Below, one piece after another: positions 32,154-47,041 of a DNA stretch of 64,000 nt. The stretch is from Orbicella franksi (Eukaryota), in NCBI GenBank assembly GCA_964199315.1, contig OZ116703.1:28024001-28088000 (forward strand), in the 5' to 3' direction. The translations under genes and the position numbers were made by a program. The notes under the pieces were generated by a model. It had not been told where the DNA came from, did not search any database, and worked only from the letters and a program-made list of their open reading frames with translations. The number at the start of each line of letters is the position of its first letter. The stretch's first letter is position 1.

Positions 32154-35061
32154 AGTTGATACTTATCCTGATTGAGCTCGCTTGATCGTTCACAAAGACT
32201 AGGAAGAATCAAGACCAGTGAATAAGTAATGTTGTTTCAAAAATGGCTGCCAATAGACCATTTTACAGTTGTCTGCTCAGTGACCTGGCCTTTGTATCGT
32301 AGCGAGGCTAGAGTTGACCTTGTTTTGATACAGACCTCACTTCTTTTGTTGTGTAAAACAAGTTGTTCTGATGCTAACTAGGTGCATTTACATGACAAAA
32401 GCAGTGAGGTCTGTATCAAAACAAGGTCAACTCTAGCCTCGCTGCCATACAAAGGCCAGGTCATAATTTTTCAAGTTCGTGATTTGCAATCCGGGTTAAT
32501 CTTCTCTATCCCTAACCATCCTTGTTCCCTTATGGTTTACTATTGTCTACTATTATCTCTTTGGTGATTTTCTATCTTAGTAGACTTTTATTTCCAGGTT
32601 ACCTTCAATTTAAAGGCAATTTTGTACGTCCCCAAAATAACTCAAAATACTGTGACTGAGATCCTTTAATACGTGCAAAAGAATTTCAAATTGGCAGCCA
32701 TTTATGGAAAGGGTCTATGGATTTATGTAAATACTAAGTTCTGATATCCCGACTAAAATAGACAGAAGTATGCACTAAGTAAGTGCTGACAGGAGGTAAT
32801 GACAACTGATTAAGTTCTCCACAGGAATGTTCTAGTTAAGTTGGATCTAAAATAACACCATGTTTGGGATAAGAGTAAAACAAAGAAAATCCCCCCATAT
32901 CGTAGCTTTATCTTCAACAGTGTATGACTTGCAACTCAATCCACTTAAAATATGTATTCTTATGCTTCTCAATTGTATTTATAATTTATTAAATCGGTTA
33001 ATATTCCATTTTGCCGTTTCAGGTCACGCAATCTGGTCACGCATAACGCCTTCCATTCATTGAGAGCGTCACATCTAGTATCTGTACCTAGAACAAACGG
33101 CGTTGATTGAAAGATATTTTAAGTGGCCTCTACAAAGTGGCTGCTAAAGGTGCAAATAACCTTATTGACCCCAGACGTTTCCACCCCGAATGCACAAAAA
33201 TATTTCCGACACAAAACGAAAATCGTACATTTTCTGATTCGCTAACTAACCGGGTGGATTTACTTTTCAGAACTCTAACGAGAAACTGTTGGCTTGTCGT
33301 TCGCTGTTATTTATTGCTGTAGAAATAAAAACATCGCCGGTCAAGAACAACACACGGCGAAAAAAAAAAAATATTGCCAATTGATATAAATTGCAAGATA
33401 ACGTTGACACTTACATCTGTGTGCGTTGTAAAGTGCCTGGGAGAACAGACGGGCCTGAAAAATCCAGTACATACGTAAACAGAGCTCCTGACACGAACAA
33501 TAACAAAAACATGCGGCCCATTCGCGTGCTACGAAGACTAAACATTTTTTCTTCTTATATACTCGAAGCAGATAATTGAATATAAATCGTCCTGTTTAAC
33601 GATAAATCGAACGGGAATATGCGGTGATAATTGAAAATGTCATGTAAAAACAGTTAAGGACACGAAATTACGCCGGTTTTCTTGAAAATCGTTCCAAGAG
33701 TCTTAGACAAATACGAAGACAGTAAAGTGAACAGTTGTTTTATAAATGACTTTCACTTACCTCAATTTAAACGCGGGAAAATTTCAGCCGAATGATGGAG
33801 TTTAGGCGCCAAGTAACAAAGCAATCAAGAAGTTATTCAAAGAGAACCTGATCCAGGTGTGGGCTTCAGTCGAAGAATCGGGAGGAAAATCGCTGCAGAG
33901 CCTCGGTCTCCAGAATTTAATTCATTCAGTGAAATTTAGCCGATGAAGTATCTGCGACACCCCTGGGCAACTTAGCGTCAGGGACTGACAGATCAATGGA
34001 CAATCTGTAATTGTTTGGATAAGTTTTCTATTGGTCAATCAAACTTGACAAGGCGTGGGAACGCTGGCTTTTTATTGGCCGCCGCAGTTAATCTGCTGAT
34101 AGCCGATCTGCGCGGGAAATCCGCCGAGCGAGGTATTTCCGCGAAAGAAATTCTGCACAACCATCACAGAGCTGCACGCGACCAAAAAGATTTGGACGAT
34201 GTTTTCATATTCTTGGATCTGCTAGAATTTTCGAGTGCAGCGTTTGCGGTGATAATTGAATGTTTACAAATTTACAGCCACTTAAAGAACTGCAGTTCAA
34301 CTATCCGGTATTGCACCAAGTGCTTCAAATAACAGTGCAAACATTATTCCATTAACTATGGTGTTCAATTACTTTTATTTGAGGGTAGAATTTTGGGAAT
34401 CGGGCTTTAGCGCTCCTCTAAAAAAATGTTTTTTTTTTTTAGTATTTTAGGTCAACATAAAGGTGCTTATTCCTTTATTGACAAACTACATTCTGTGCTG
34501 AAGCTAATTTCAGTAATCTCCGTAAATCGGGCTGGCCAGGGATTGATACGTTAAACCCGAGCAAATACAGACAAAGGAATGTCAAAAAGGTATTTAGACT
34601 ATTCGATTAATTGTATATGGGAAACGCAATTACAGCACTTTGCCCTGTGTGTAATATACAACTCGGATAGTACATTCCAAAACTTAATAGCAATAACAAG
34701 CATCAAAATTTCAACAAATCATCAATGAATGAAAACTTCACCGAGGTCCACAGACTGTCCACTGTTACGGCCATGTTGCCCTTTACACTCCAGACTTGAG
34801 CCGGAAACGATTTCCTGACAACTTTTGTTTTTCACGAAGGATTTAGCCGGAAATTTTTTTTTTTAATGTTTATCTTTTCTCTTTGTCCTTTATTCTGCCA
34901 TTTTAGGTTTTTTTGCTATTTTAAACATGTTGCCAGGTGGAGCTAAAAGGACTAAATTATGGATTCATTGCAAGCGCCAGTCAATGATCTGTATTGAACC
35001 CCAGTCCCTCAGTTTTCAACTAAAGTGCGAGTATAAACAGAAAGCCTAATTTCTCGCTTCA

Positions 35062-35533
35062 GTGCCGGGGGGTGGGGGTACTCCCTTATGTGGCTTATGG
35101 CCTATATAGGTATGTGCGGCCCCAAAGGGTATGGTTTTAGCCGTTTTGGCCATAAGATAGGTATCTATTTTGGCTATTTTGGTCTTAAATATAGGGTATG
35201 GTTTTTGCACTCTAGTCTTGAATTCGGTATGTTTATTAGGAGAAGCTACTTTTCCATCGTTATCAATAAGAACATCAGCAAAAGCCCTCCACAATGCCTT
35301 AATATCGGTCTGAACTACTTGTAGGTAACTAATTATAAGACAGTTCTGAAACAGGGAATTGATTTAAGGGACTGGTCTTAAATAGAGTATCAACTTTTTG
35401 GTCAGGTCATAAATAGGGCAGGGAAAATCGCAGATTTTGGTCTTAAATTGAGTAAGGGTTTTGGGAGGCGGGCCGCACACCCCCACAAGATTTTTCTGGA
35501 AGTACCCCCCCCCCCCCCCCACCACCTCCGGGC
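35062..35533. mobile_element. MITE with CCGGGGGG..GTACTCCC / GTACCCCCC..CCGGG termini
   Basis: Imperfect G/C-rich TIRs and internal AAATAGGGTA-like repeats. A similar element lies at 45785-46233. Confidence 0.6.
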
Positions 35534-38500
35534 TCAGTGCAACAATCCATTGTCCAAAAGACGGCTGACGAGAATGATGGAAACGTTGATCACTTTATAA
35601 TCTTGATGTCCCGGGGAGGATACCCATGTACGTATAACAGTGACAGGGAGATGCCAAGACCTATTTTCAGTTTGAAGGACTGTTATTGTTCAAAGAAAAT
35701 TTGTAATGACGTTTTCTGGCGATGTTTGTAAGGATTTTAATTTTGAGGAGAGTTAAAAAAAGGTGCAACCTAGGTTTCTCTGCCCACCTTCACGTTTCAC
35801 ATCAAACAATTGGAACATTTCTTCAGGCTATGTTCTGTGGATTTAGGCCAACAATTTGGCCTGATTTACAACTCCCAGTCATAGCTGATGTACCTGAATA
35901 ACCCCCTGCCCCCTGAACGTACATACCACAAAATTCGCAGAACCGATGTCAAAAAAAGATTTGTAGCACTGTGATGAACATGGATATATAAAGTAACTGT
36001 CAAGTATGACAAGTTAGCAGACACAAACAACTGTTTAATTTGTAAAACGCCGCTTTGTCTGCAAAAAATAGCATTGTATGTAAAGCCTGTAATCTTTTTT
36101 CGGTGAAAAATTTAAGATTCAATTTAAGGGTTTTATGGCAGTCAAAGATAAACAAAATTTGCACGCGAAATGTTTGCTTTGCACGAATTGCATTTTTTCA
36201 TTCCACTATAAGATCGATTGACATATAAACTTCTTCAATCAGGCTCGCGACATGGTAATTTCTAGCGAGGGGAAAATGTTCCTCCTGCATTTTTATACTT
36301 TTTTGGACGACTCGCGCTTGTTCCAAGAGGTATTTTTAGGAGTTAAGTAGATTAAGATGTCTGATCGGTGGGATTTTGGGGTTTACGATTATTATATGGG
36401 TATTCAATATTGTACGCGTGCCCTTTTCCGCCATTTTATGTAAATAAAGGGCAGGACAGTTGATATCAAACGAACTCAGTGGAGAAAAATACATTTCAAC
36501 GAAGGCGTTCTTCTCGTTCTCGTGGGATTGATCGAAACACATATACAAATTCTAATACGCCCCCCAAATTTCGCATAAACAGTTATTGGACAGTTGGATT
36601 TCTTGACTTTCTTTCATTTCGCCGGTACAAAAATCCACTGAAGACTGCAATGCCGGAAACTAAGCTAGAAAGAATTACTTTTGATCGTGCACTGTAAAAT
36701 TTTCAGATGTTAGCGATTTCGAACCGCAAGAAGGCAAGAAAGTTCCGGACAAAGTTTAGCAATCTGTGTACACCTTTTTTCGTTTTGGGGCCTTGTCACA
36801 GATCGATTTTTCAGCTTTTTGTTGGGTAAGCAAATAGTATGTCGGAAATCTGCGGAAATTGCGATGAAATCTTATGTGATCTTATTTCAAATATTTTCCA
36901 CTACAATGTGAAGACTTAACTGATGATCAAAACTCGACACAGCTAGGACAATATTTAAATAGCTCAGTAAGCTTGAACAATGAACAGGGTGCCAATACAC
37001 GTTGTTCCAAAATGGTAGCCAGTTTATTATTCTTTTGTTTACATGGTAATTAGCCCTCTTTGCCTCGTCAACATGTACAATATACAAAAGAATTTTGAAG
37101 TGAAAATGAGGCAAGAGGGCCAATTAACATGCAAACAAAAGAATAATAAATTGGCCGCCATTTTGGAATGAGGAGTATGAATTCGTTTAATCAACAATGA
37201 AATTCCAACGTCTGACGGAATGGCCGTCAAAATTGCTGGCGGGTGGGGAGAGGCGAGGAATACCTGTATTTAAAGAGGCGAAGCAATTTCGTACACGCAT
37301 GCTCCGTTGTACTTGTCTGTTTGGGACATTGAGTTGAGGCTTATTGTTTTTCTTGGGTCAATTGTTTTTCCTGTATTGGAAGATTCTAACAGAAATTGTT
37401 CAGAGGTGGATTGGGGACTATCAAGTTTAAATTTGTAAGTAATGTATTCACGATGCCATATTGGAGTGTCTTAGCTCGACTTCACGAAAAATTAACCGGG
37501 AACACCACCATGGGCGCTTACTTTCTTCAAATCGGGATCGATCTGCATACTACAGACGCTACCGATATTTCATTACTTCTTTATACGCGGGAAGTACTAT
37601 CAATGCATCCTCAGGCTTTGGCCTCTGGGCCACAATCCTACGGGGGCAATAATTTTGACGCTATCCCCTAGATAGGGCATTTGCACTTTTCTCACGGCCC
37701 CACTATGGGGATTTTGTATGCCCCAACTGCTCCACGGTGGGGCATTTGCCACCTTCCGAAAACAAAATGCCAAATGTTCTTTAAATGCCCCCCCCGGGGG
37801 ATCAGCGGGCTTGGAATTGTGATCATCTATTTTGCTGTAGTTCCAGAAATCGGCTGTTTTCTTCAAAACGCCGGAAAATAACCGAAATATCCTCAAAACA
37901 AGACTGCACCCATACGTCCAAATACCCATGTTAAGTCCTTGTTACCATGGTGATAGGGGGTAAAAAATGTGAAAGAAAAATTGAAACTGGCGCACCAAAA
38001 CCCACGGGTGTGACCTCAATCAATTTTTTTATTCCTCAGAGGCCTGTTAAATAATTGACAGTAATAATAATTATAACCGTTGATTGACTTCGACTTTGTC
38101 TCTGTTCAAGGACTACTGAAAATGATCAACAATGGGATTCCTAGAAGCATTAGCCTCCTACACAGATGTTCTTTGGGCACATCAAGTGCTCTAGGCATGA
38201 TTAAAACATTAATTCTTCCATAGGTTTAATGTTTGTTCTGAAAATATGGCAATACATCAAGACAATGTCATTTACTTTATTATTTTTTATTAATCACATT
38301 ACTTGTATCCTTGGGAAGTATTGAAAATAGAGGGAGAAATTTTACTTTGATCACTACTGGATTCACTGAAGCAAGCAGAGAATGGGCAAGCTACACGACA
38401 TAGTTGAAAACAGCTTTATACAGTCATTTAATATTTTTTCGTTGTTACTGTTATTCAAACATTATCACCTTGGTGACTTTGCAGAGCTTTGCAATCCAAC

Positions 38501-38570
38501 CTAAAAGATTGGCCTTCTACAGTACAGTCACAAAAAACATTGAACTACATCTTGACTTGTGAAAAGCATG

Positions 38571-41500
38571 CTATTCCCAGTCTTTCTTGATGTCAAATGA
38601 CCATTCCCATTCAAGATGGACATTTTTATCATCATCTAAAAACTTGCTCTTTGCTGTGTAATGACCACGAGCGATCATCCCTTTGGGAGCTTCGTCAACT
38701 GGTGTTATATATTCGTGAGGTTCAGCTTTGGGGCCATAACTTCCCACCATTAAGGAGTTCTTTACAACTGAAACAAAACCAGTCATTCATTAATCAAGGA
38801 GCATTATAGCAGCTAGCAAAGCTGCACCATTACATAAACACAGTATAAGTTTACACACATCATAATTGACTGACGCAAGTTCATAGCGTGTGCAAAGTTA
38901 ACTATACTTTGCCTTTTGCATTGCAAATGTTGAAAGACAATTGATTCATGCTCTGAGCTGTGCATCATCATGCATCATCATCATCAGCTGTGCCAATGAC
39001 GAGTGCTGTTATATGAAAAACACATAACAGATATTTATGTATAATTTAGGTTCGGCACATGGGAAAAATGCTGTATAAATCAGCCATCGCTCCAGCTGCA
39101 GATCCTGGCAGATCCTGGTGAATTTACAGTTGTTTGCCACTCCAAACCTAACCTGCCGAACCAAAATGATCCAAATGCCGCTCTTCTGCCGTACTTAACT
39201 CATCAGTTAGGTTTGGCGCATGAATAGAGCAGCATTTGGAACAGGCCTTGCACGTAGTTATAATTTAACAACGGTACTCTGGATTGCAGTGGCCTCATGG
39301 TTAGTGCCCTCAGCTCTGGATTGAGCGGTTCGGGTTTGAGCCCTGGTTGAGGACATTGCGTCATGTTCTTGGGCAAGACACTTTACTCTCACAGTGCGTC
39401 TCTCCACCCAGGTGTACAGCTGTAGAAGTACATGAAAAGAAGCTGTATATTTCTACAGCAAAAATGAAGCCCTCACCAACATTTTTAATGAACAAATCCA
39501 CTGAGCTAACTCCTTGTGGCAAATCTCATCGGCAAAACATACAAGTTTTCTGGTAGAAATAGTGTACTTGGTTGCTGCTGAAATTATTAATATTATTTGA
39601 AAAGAAATTAGTAATTAAGTCATCAAAAAACTTTCGGTGTTCCTGGACATAAAATAGTTTTTATTCAAATGAAGACATTTTCACTGACTGAAACTTTTTT
39701 CCAACATATACATTTGCTGGCTTAACAAAGTCAACACTGTGCCTGTGTCCAAATGAAACTGACACGAAGAAGCCAAATTGTTTTTAATTTTACGCGCTTC
39801 TCTTCAAAACAATTTTTGTAATTTTTCAGCTTGCTTAGGCTAGATGCAATTTAACATTCAAGGTGTCGAACATGACCTTCTACGGATTGAAAACATTGAT
39901 TCAAGGATTTTTGTACAAAAACAAAGAAACTCAGCAGGTAATTCAGGAAATAGCAAGCAAGTACATGAACAAGTAAGTGTTCAACACTAAGAAGACTGCA
40001 AACAAATCAGGCAGGTTTATTGCATTCCAACATGCCAGTGAATGACTTCCATTTTTGGGTCATGAATTATTAATGAGTTTGAAAACCTGGGCAAGCAAAA
40101 TTTGAGAGTTACTTGCCTAAAGGGCAAGCTGGATTATTAAAACATTTTTTTGAGTCCTGCAAACAGGAGAGATTGCCTAGAGGTGGAACCACTGACCAAT
40201 GGATTATGACGAAATCAGTATGGTGGCCTCAACACCTTTCATAATTCACTTTCCGAGTTCAGTGGCTCATAGTCACTTTTGATTTTTTTTTTTGGAGGTT
40301 CTGCATGTTCAGAGCCAGCTACAATTCATTTTCTGCTTCATTTCAATTTTCAGGAGAACCCTGAAGGTGCACATAATGTGTTGAATGCAGCAAGGCCAAA
40401 ATTCACACCCTGTCAGGCACCATGTCTCCAACCTCCAGGGATAGGATCCTATTCATCACTGGGTAATAATAACATACTCCCAGCATTTTGCCAGTCTGTG
40501 AAAGTAAACCGTCTTGCACAAGAACACAGTACAATGACCCTTAATCAGGGAAGGTGCGAGAACCCACACCTCTCAATTCAAGCTCCAATGTATTAACCAT
40601 TGCAAGCCCTAGGATTTCACGCTAATGATCATTTCTGGTACGGTGTCATTACCATGATTCAGAAAAAAAGGAACTGAAAAACCATTTGCCACGGATATCT
40701 TCAGCGTTGCCACAATTTGATACAAATTTTTTTTCTTTCCGTTCTAATTCTCAACAAGTAGAGCAATTCATTTGATTATTACTCTGATTATGAATGAAGC
40801 TGAAACGTTGTTTCAAGTCACCTGTCTGCGTCTTGTATCCATCCCAGACTGAATTGCACACACTGTACAATGCAGTCTGGGATGGAATTAGGGTGGCAGA
40901 CAACTGGCTGACATAAGGTGAACCGCGGGGTGAAGGGGTGAAGTTACCGAGGGGAACCATGGGGTGGAGTTTGCATGCGGAGCGGCATCCACTGCGAAGA
41001 AGAGGAAGTATGAAATTTGAAAAAAACATTCGGGAAGAGGTAATTTTGCACTGATTTTGAAACTGACACGGAGAACATCACTTCATTTATAAACTGGGTA
41101 AGGCAAGATACATGCCACTGAGTACATATAAGCTTATATAACGCTCGTTTCATTTCCTTCTCCATTCACAATTTTATTTTTGTTTTCTTTTATTTGTGCC
41201 CAAATCAAGCATGAAATTTTGTTACAAAAATTTTCTGTTACCAATCGTTTCCCACGATCACTGGACGCAGAACCGAAAAAGTGTTACCAATGAAATTTGA
41301 AATCCTAGGGCCTGCAGTGTGCACTCCATGCTCTAACTATTTAACACAACAATATTAATTAACCATATAAATATTTTTTTTATGGTTATATGTTTGTTTT
41401 ACCTCGTATTCCTTTCCTGTACAACACTTGATGAAATTTAAGACCAGCCACAATTTCTCGCACGACCTGAACAAAAACAGCCATGTTAACTGAGTGCAAT

Positions 41501-44500
41501 CAACCTGTTCATATCATTACACTGACAATAGACACGACGATAAAATCTGGAACTATGTCATGGCACATCTAGACAAAATTGGATTTATAAGTTGCATACA
41601 AAAATGTGACAAGCTTTATTTCTTTATCCTGCAGTTCAAATATATGATCTTTCATATATTTCCTTGCATACATTGTATCTTCACTGGCAAACTCACAACG
41701 TGACTAGCTCCCAGTTGGCTGAATAGCTCAGTTGGAAAGGGCACTGCACCAGTATCACAGAAGTCTTGAGTTCCAATCCTCTTTAAGCCCAAATTTGTTT
41801 TTCAGGCTTTAATTTTGCAACTGCCTCAGTTACATGCAAAACTGAGCTGATCTTTAAATTATCATGATATTTTTCAAGTTTGTTATCTGTAATCCATAAT
41901 CTATCACAGTTTGCCAGTAACTAGCAGATGCAGAAAGGTACAGCGATTGTCAAATACAGAGATGGAAACTTAATTTTGACATAACTCATGAATTATCTAT
42001 GACCTTAAATGTACCAAACATTCCATTTATGGTAGTGTTGCACCCAAGAAGATTGGTATGCTGTTCAGTTCAGTTTGCTTTCAGACCTATAAATAGAGAA
42101 AACTGCTGTTGCTGGTGAAGCGAAGGGGGACAACAGCAGGATTTCTATGGGGGACAGGAGATAAGAGGACATGAAGTGGGATTTCCATGGTTAAGGGAAC
42201 CAATACTGTGCAACAATGTGAAATAGAAAAATCACCAAGAGGTGTAAGCCTCCTACACAGCTGCCTTTTGGGCTCATATCATGCATTCTTTCCTCCCACA
42301 CTAATATCTGCTGAAACCAACAGCTATTTACATAGACCAGTAATTATTAAAGCACACTTCCAAATCCTGGAAGAGCACTTTGGACCTTGAAAAATTTTGA
42401 AGCGTGGCCTACCACACTAAGTGTGGCTTTTGAATGACTGTGTGAGACATGGAATAGTCCATGCAAACTATCTGCAAGAAGCTGTAGTGTATTTCACAGT
42501 GAAAAAGATGATGTATTCCTAAATCTTAGCACAATCTCAAACCAAGTTAGGAATTGTGCCTTTCTTTTGAAAGAATTGCCACAGATTTTAATGTGACCCA
42601 CAGCAGTACAGTTCATAGTTATCACCTGAAGAGAGCCCCTCAAGCTAGTGATTGGCTTTTTATTAGAAGATGACTGGCGCCAATTGCCTCTGTAGTAATC
42701 TCCACATGATATCCCACTACTATTTGCGAATGGAGAGAAAGGAATGTGCGATTTGTTTGGAACATGAGACATTTGCTGGAAGGAGTGAGTGCAAAACCGT
42801 AAGAGTGCCTTTCTAGAAGGTTACATGTTCAGGAGGTGGGACCACCATAGACTGCAAAACATTTGTGTTTTCTTCCCTATTTAGAAGGCGCAAAGCACTG
42901 TAAGCATGATCCTCGCGCATAAAGCTTGCGAGCCTATACTCGCTCCAGACCTGTTGCTTGAATACCGCCTGCGATACTGTTTTGCAGTCTACACCCACCA
43001 AGGAAGGGGTAAGAACTGGATTTCAAGAGTACGGTGAGGGGGAAGTTCAGATGCCCTGTTCAGGTAACCTGCCCTACTTCAGTGTATCTGTTACTGTCCA
43101 GTTATAATCGTTGCATGTGAATAAGGTATGTTGTCCAATAACACAGGCATAATGCTAGAAACAGACAAACAACATTCATAACAACACATTTCTTACACTA
43201 GCCCTAATCTTTCTATGCATATCTCTCAATCATATTGTGCTGATCCAGAAAATATTGATACTCCCCCAAACAGAGGGGATTGGAATTTCCTGGGGGTGGG
43301 GTGGGAGGGTCTGTAATAGCAAAAAATTTAAACAAATGTATGAAGATTAATTGGAATTCCTGAAAGGGTGGGGGTCTTATATAAAATTCCTTCTGTGGGG
43401 GAGGTATGGATATTTTCTCGAACTACACATTTGGTCTTCGACGACAATTCAAACACATTAAACAGTTTCTCGAGCACAGCAACAATATTAACAATATGAA
43501 AATCTTAAATTTATTTCGTTTTCAAGTAAGCAGGCACAAAAATTAAAAAGCCTCTCTTTAAACATTTTGTCAATTCGAGCTTAATTTGAGCTTAATTAAC
43601 TGCAGTGTTGTAAAACATCATTTAAACAAAGCAATTAACTATGGCCATCCCATATATCCCAAAAGTAACGTCGAAACCAAAGACACAACAAAAGCAACAG
43701 CGAGACTGGAAAGGAAGTAATTTCAAAATAAAAGGTTAATACGAAGGTCAATTTTCCCATCTTATTTTTACAATAACTTAATTGATAATCTCAATAAAAT
43801 GGACAACAAAAACTTAAAATTAAGATTACTTTTGCATTAATTCCACATCGAAACTCAGGAATTTAAGTCTCACCTTAAACGTTATTTTAAGTCTATAACT
43901 TGTTCCCTCCTTGAAAGTTACAGGCTTGTCTTTAAGAGTGGCTAGGTCTCCTATAAAACGAGTAGAGATTACCATGCAGTGAACTCCAGATGATCAAAAC
44001 AATTCACTACCTTCCGTTCGTTCAGTACTTCTGCTAGTTCGATTTGAACTGTGTAAGTTGTCACGCACGGTGTGGTTTATTGACGAACAAAAAATCAAGA
44101 CAACAGATGGCAGTAAGAAAGCTAAATTTCAAAGCTGTTGCAAGATGGGAAAGGCAAACAAATTTTAATGACAAGATGTGCTAAATTTTGATACACACCG
44201 CTAAGATCGAGTTCGATATCGTCCCGACCTTCGACAAGCACCGTCAACTTTAAAACCCGCACGTTGGGTCCGCCATCATCGCCAGCTGAAAAATAATAAT
44301 AACAAAATATATGCTGGCAAGAGGTCTTAAAGGATCCGTGAGAACATTTGTGCCTTAAACGAACAATGTCAGCTGATCACTTTTAACTTACCACTGGCGG
44401 CGGCAGCAGCTCCAAGAAGTTGCTCCTTGTACTTCACCAGAGATTCATCATCCGCGTCTAAATTTTTAATTTCATCCAGAGTTTTTTGAGCTGGTGCCTT

Positions 44501-44569
44501 ATAACCAGGGGTCTCTTCTGGTTCTTCATCATCTACTGCAGCTGGAACTTCTTCCGCAGGGTCCGCCAT
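38571..44569 (-). CDS. ARHGDIA: Rho GDP-dissociation inhibitor (RhoGDI), 200 aa
   Basis: Exons 44569-44392, 44285-44199, 43950-43874, 41466-41403, 38767-38571. GT..AG introns with compatible phases (603 nt). Motifs: [12 protein letters not shown]...[41 protein letters not shown]-like [22 protein letters not shown]. Confidence 0.95.
39283..39420 (+). mobile_element. tRNA-derived SINE fragment (tRNA head plus conserved core)
   Basis: A-box GTGGCCTCATGGTTAG and B-box-like GGTTTGAGCCC, followed by core GTTCTTGGGCAAGACACTTTACTCTCACAGTGC..CCACCCAGGTGTA. Related pieces at about 18270-18345 (+) and 40470-40605 (-). Confidence 0.7.
41600..41870 (+). repeat. Degenerate copy of the ~270-bp tRNA-containing repeat unit
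   Basis: Matches the units at 57635-58495 (GCAGTTCAAATATATGATC...GACTAGCTCCCAGTTGGCT-A-box...). Confidence 0.75.
42848..42991. mobile_element. 144-bp MITE with 14-bp perfect TIR TAGACTGCAAAACA
   Basis: Perfect TIR seen directly. Confidence 0.7.
43249..43428. mobile_element. MITE with TGTG..CCAGAAAATAT termini
   Basis: Imperfect TIRs TGTGCTGATCCAGAAAATAT / ATATTTTCTCGAACTACACA. Confidence 0.55.
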
Positions 44570-44657
44570 GGTAAATTTTGATACACAAACTAAAAAATGT
44601 GGATATTTCCTGATGCCTTCACGACTTGGCCTGTTCTTCGTAAAGAGAACCACCCCG

Positions 44658-44665
44658 TGACGTCA
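44658..44665. promoter_or_regulatory. CRE palindrome TGACGTCA plus two CCAAT boxes (about 44683, 44722) upstream of RhoGDI
   Basis: Perfect CRE about 90 bp upstream of the ATG. Function is inferred. Confidence 0.45.
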
Positions 44666-45784
44666 AATGCGTGATCAGCAAGACCAATCACAATCTCTGA
44701 AATATCGAGTATACAAAGTGACCAATGAAAGACGTCTTTCTATCTACAGGATAGGTCTGAAGCACATTGCTTTCTTGGTAACGTAGAAATAATTTTCCAG
44801 TAATCAAAGGAAACAATGACAATGTTTATGTTGAAATGGTTTCTCTGATAAAATGGGAAACAATTTGCTTCTGTGTAGCAAAGATACAAAGTGCGCTGGC
44901 GAATATACCTTACAAAAACAGGCACCCAAAGATTGCGTGACGAGCCAATGGTTGGCTACTCTTTCTGCTTTAATTTTCAGTTTCCGTATTTTTTGGACCT
45001 GAATTCCAAAACATATTTGCAAAGTGTCGTGTGGACATACAAATAAGACAAATAAGAAATCTCAAGTTTAAGCTTTTTCTTTGAACAAAGAACTGTATGC
45101 AGAGACTCTGCTCGCATGGTAGCATGTGTTAGGTTGTACAAAAAATAACTTACAAGATATTTGCTGCTGTGTCATCCACTATCGGCCAGTCGCAGGCGCC
45201 AAGTCGTTATAAATCTGATCAGAAGTACGTCACGCCCCGTCACACATCCGTCACGTGTTTTGTTGAACTACCACGGGTTTTTACCACCACCATTACCTTT
45301 TCGGGAGAAAATAGGAAGGAGGACTACGGGCAGCTAGAATGAAATAAAATTGGTACGCGCATTATTTGAATGTCTAATCTCGAATGGCTTGTCGTGAACA
45401 CTACATGAAGCATAAACTGTTATTGGCACGGACTTCCTTCACTCGCACGATCAAAGCCCATCAAAACGCGATAGAATTAGTTATTCTGATTTGACCCAGG
45501 GACTCAATACAACGAAGCAAAACAAAGAGAGAAAGAAATTTATTTTGTGGCTATTTTCATCGCCAAGTTTTTACGATCGAGCACGACCTCGAAAGATTGG
45601 AAACCAAAGCCGCTGACCGCGGTTAGCAGTGGGCGCCGCGCCCGGCGAGTTTGACGACAACTTGGAGCTGCGTAGATTGAAAGTAATATCGTGTTAAATC
45701 AAAAAACCCTGATTATATTTCTTAATTGCTATGTTGATGTAAATCCTGAACAAGTATTTCAAAAAAGCGCACTGCACTCAGCTC

Positions 45785-46233
45785 CAGGGGGGAGATGTGG
45801 GGGGGGGGTACTTGACCCATGTTTGGGTATAGGGGTGCCGCTGAGGGTTTATAATCCTGACCCTGTTTAAAACAAAAATACTCCAAAAACCCCACCCTGT
45901 GTAGGACAAAGAAACACAAAGAAACTAGATCTACCGGTACGATCTATTCTGTCAATGCGCGCTTGTTATAGTACTGATAAGTGGAAAAATAATTTATATT
46001 AAAGGATACCGACAGGATACCGACAATGATCTGATGGTGATTGATGACCTTGCAATGGCCGGTTAACGTCTCTCGGCTCGTAATACCATACCCTGTTTAG
46101 GACAGGTTTTGAACCTGTTTGGGACAGAGGCGAGTCAAATTGTATACCCTGTTCAGGACAATGAGGTCAAAAAACCATACCCTGTCCAGCGGCACGTCCC
46201 CGTATAGCCCAAATAAGAGAGTACCCCCCGGGG
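45785..46233. mobile_element. MITE with G-rich GGGGGGTAC / GTACCCCCC termini and internal ACCCTGTT repeats
   Basis: Imperfect TIRs; same type as 35062-35533. Confidence 0.55.
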
Positions 46234-47041
46234 GAGCAACCTCGTTCCCAGGTCTCTTAGGAGTGAAGAAAAAGGAATGTGGAAACGAGGTTGGCTCTGG
46301 TGCATGGTGCAAAGTGGTACACTGGTACACTGATGCAATCATGTGAAGGATTAGGTACTCTAGGTTCTTGTCCCGGGACTTCAGCGGCCCAAAACTGGTA
46401 CCTTTCTCAGAGAGGTATATAAAAGGGTAGGGATTTTAGCAGCTGAACTTCAGAAATGGATATTAAAAGGCCGGTTTGTTTCAAAATATCTCGAGCAATT
46501 CACCTAATGGCTTATAGTGGAAAAGATATATAGGTTTCCCCACTGGAGGTATATAGAAAAGAGATGCAGTGTAGCTATTGAAAAGCGTATCCCTTACAGG
46601 AGGAACCCATACGCTATGGCACCGTGCCACGACTATAGTGGTACACGAATCTTCAAATCTTTGGTCCGTATATTAAATATTTGTTTTCGACATGAGATTC
46701 TCTCCGAAGAATGTTTATTTGTGCTACGTTTAATAAATCACAAACCAAGGTTCAGTTGTCGATAGAGGGAAAAAATTCACTTCACTGACCGTCCTCGCGC
46801 GCGCAAGTCAGTCTGTTTACTGAACAGCAAAAACTCAGTTTGCAGGACTTGGGAAAACCTTCACTTGATTGTTTTTCTTTTCATTTTTTTAAAACGTGAT
46901 GTACGTTTTCTAACTGTTTTTCAGACGATCTGACTGAAGCCTGCATATCAGCTTTGTCACGCAACGCCGCGTGACGACATTCCTCCTGCAGCTCTTGCTC
47001 ACAGTCCACAACGTTCGGAAGGTATTTTTGTAGCAATTTAA

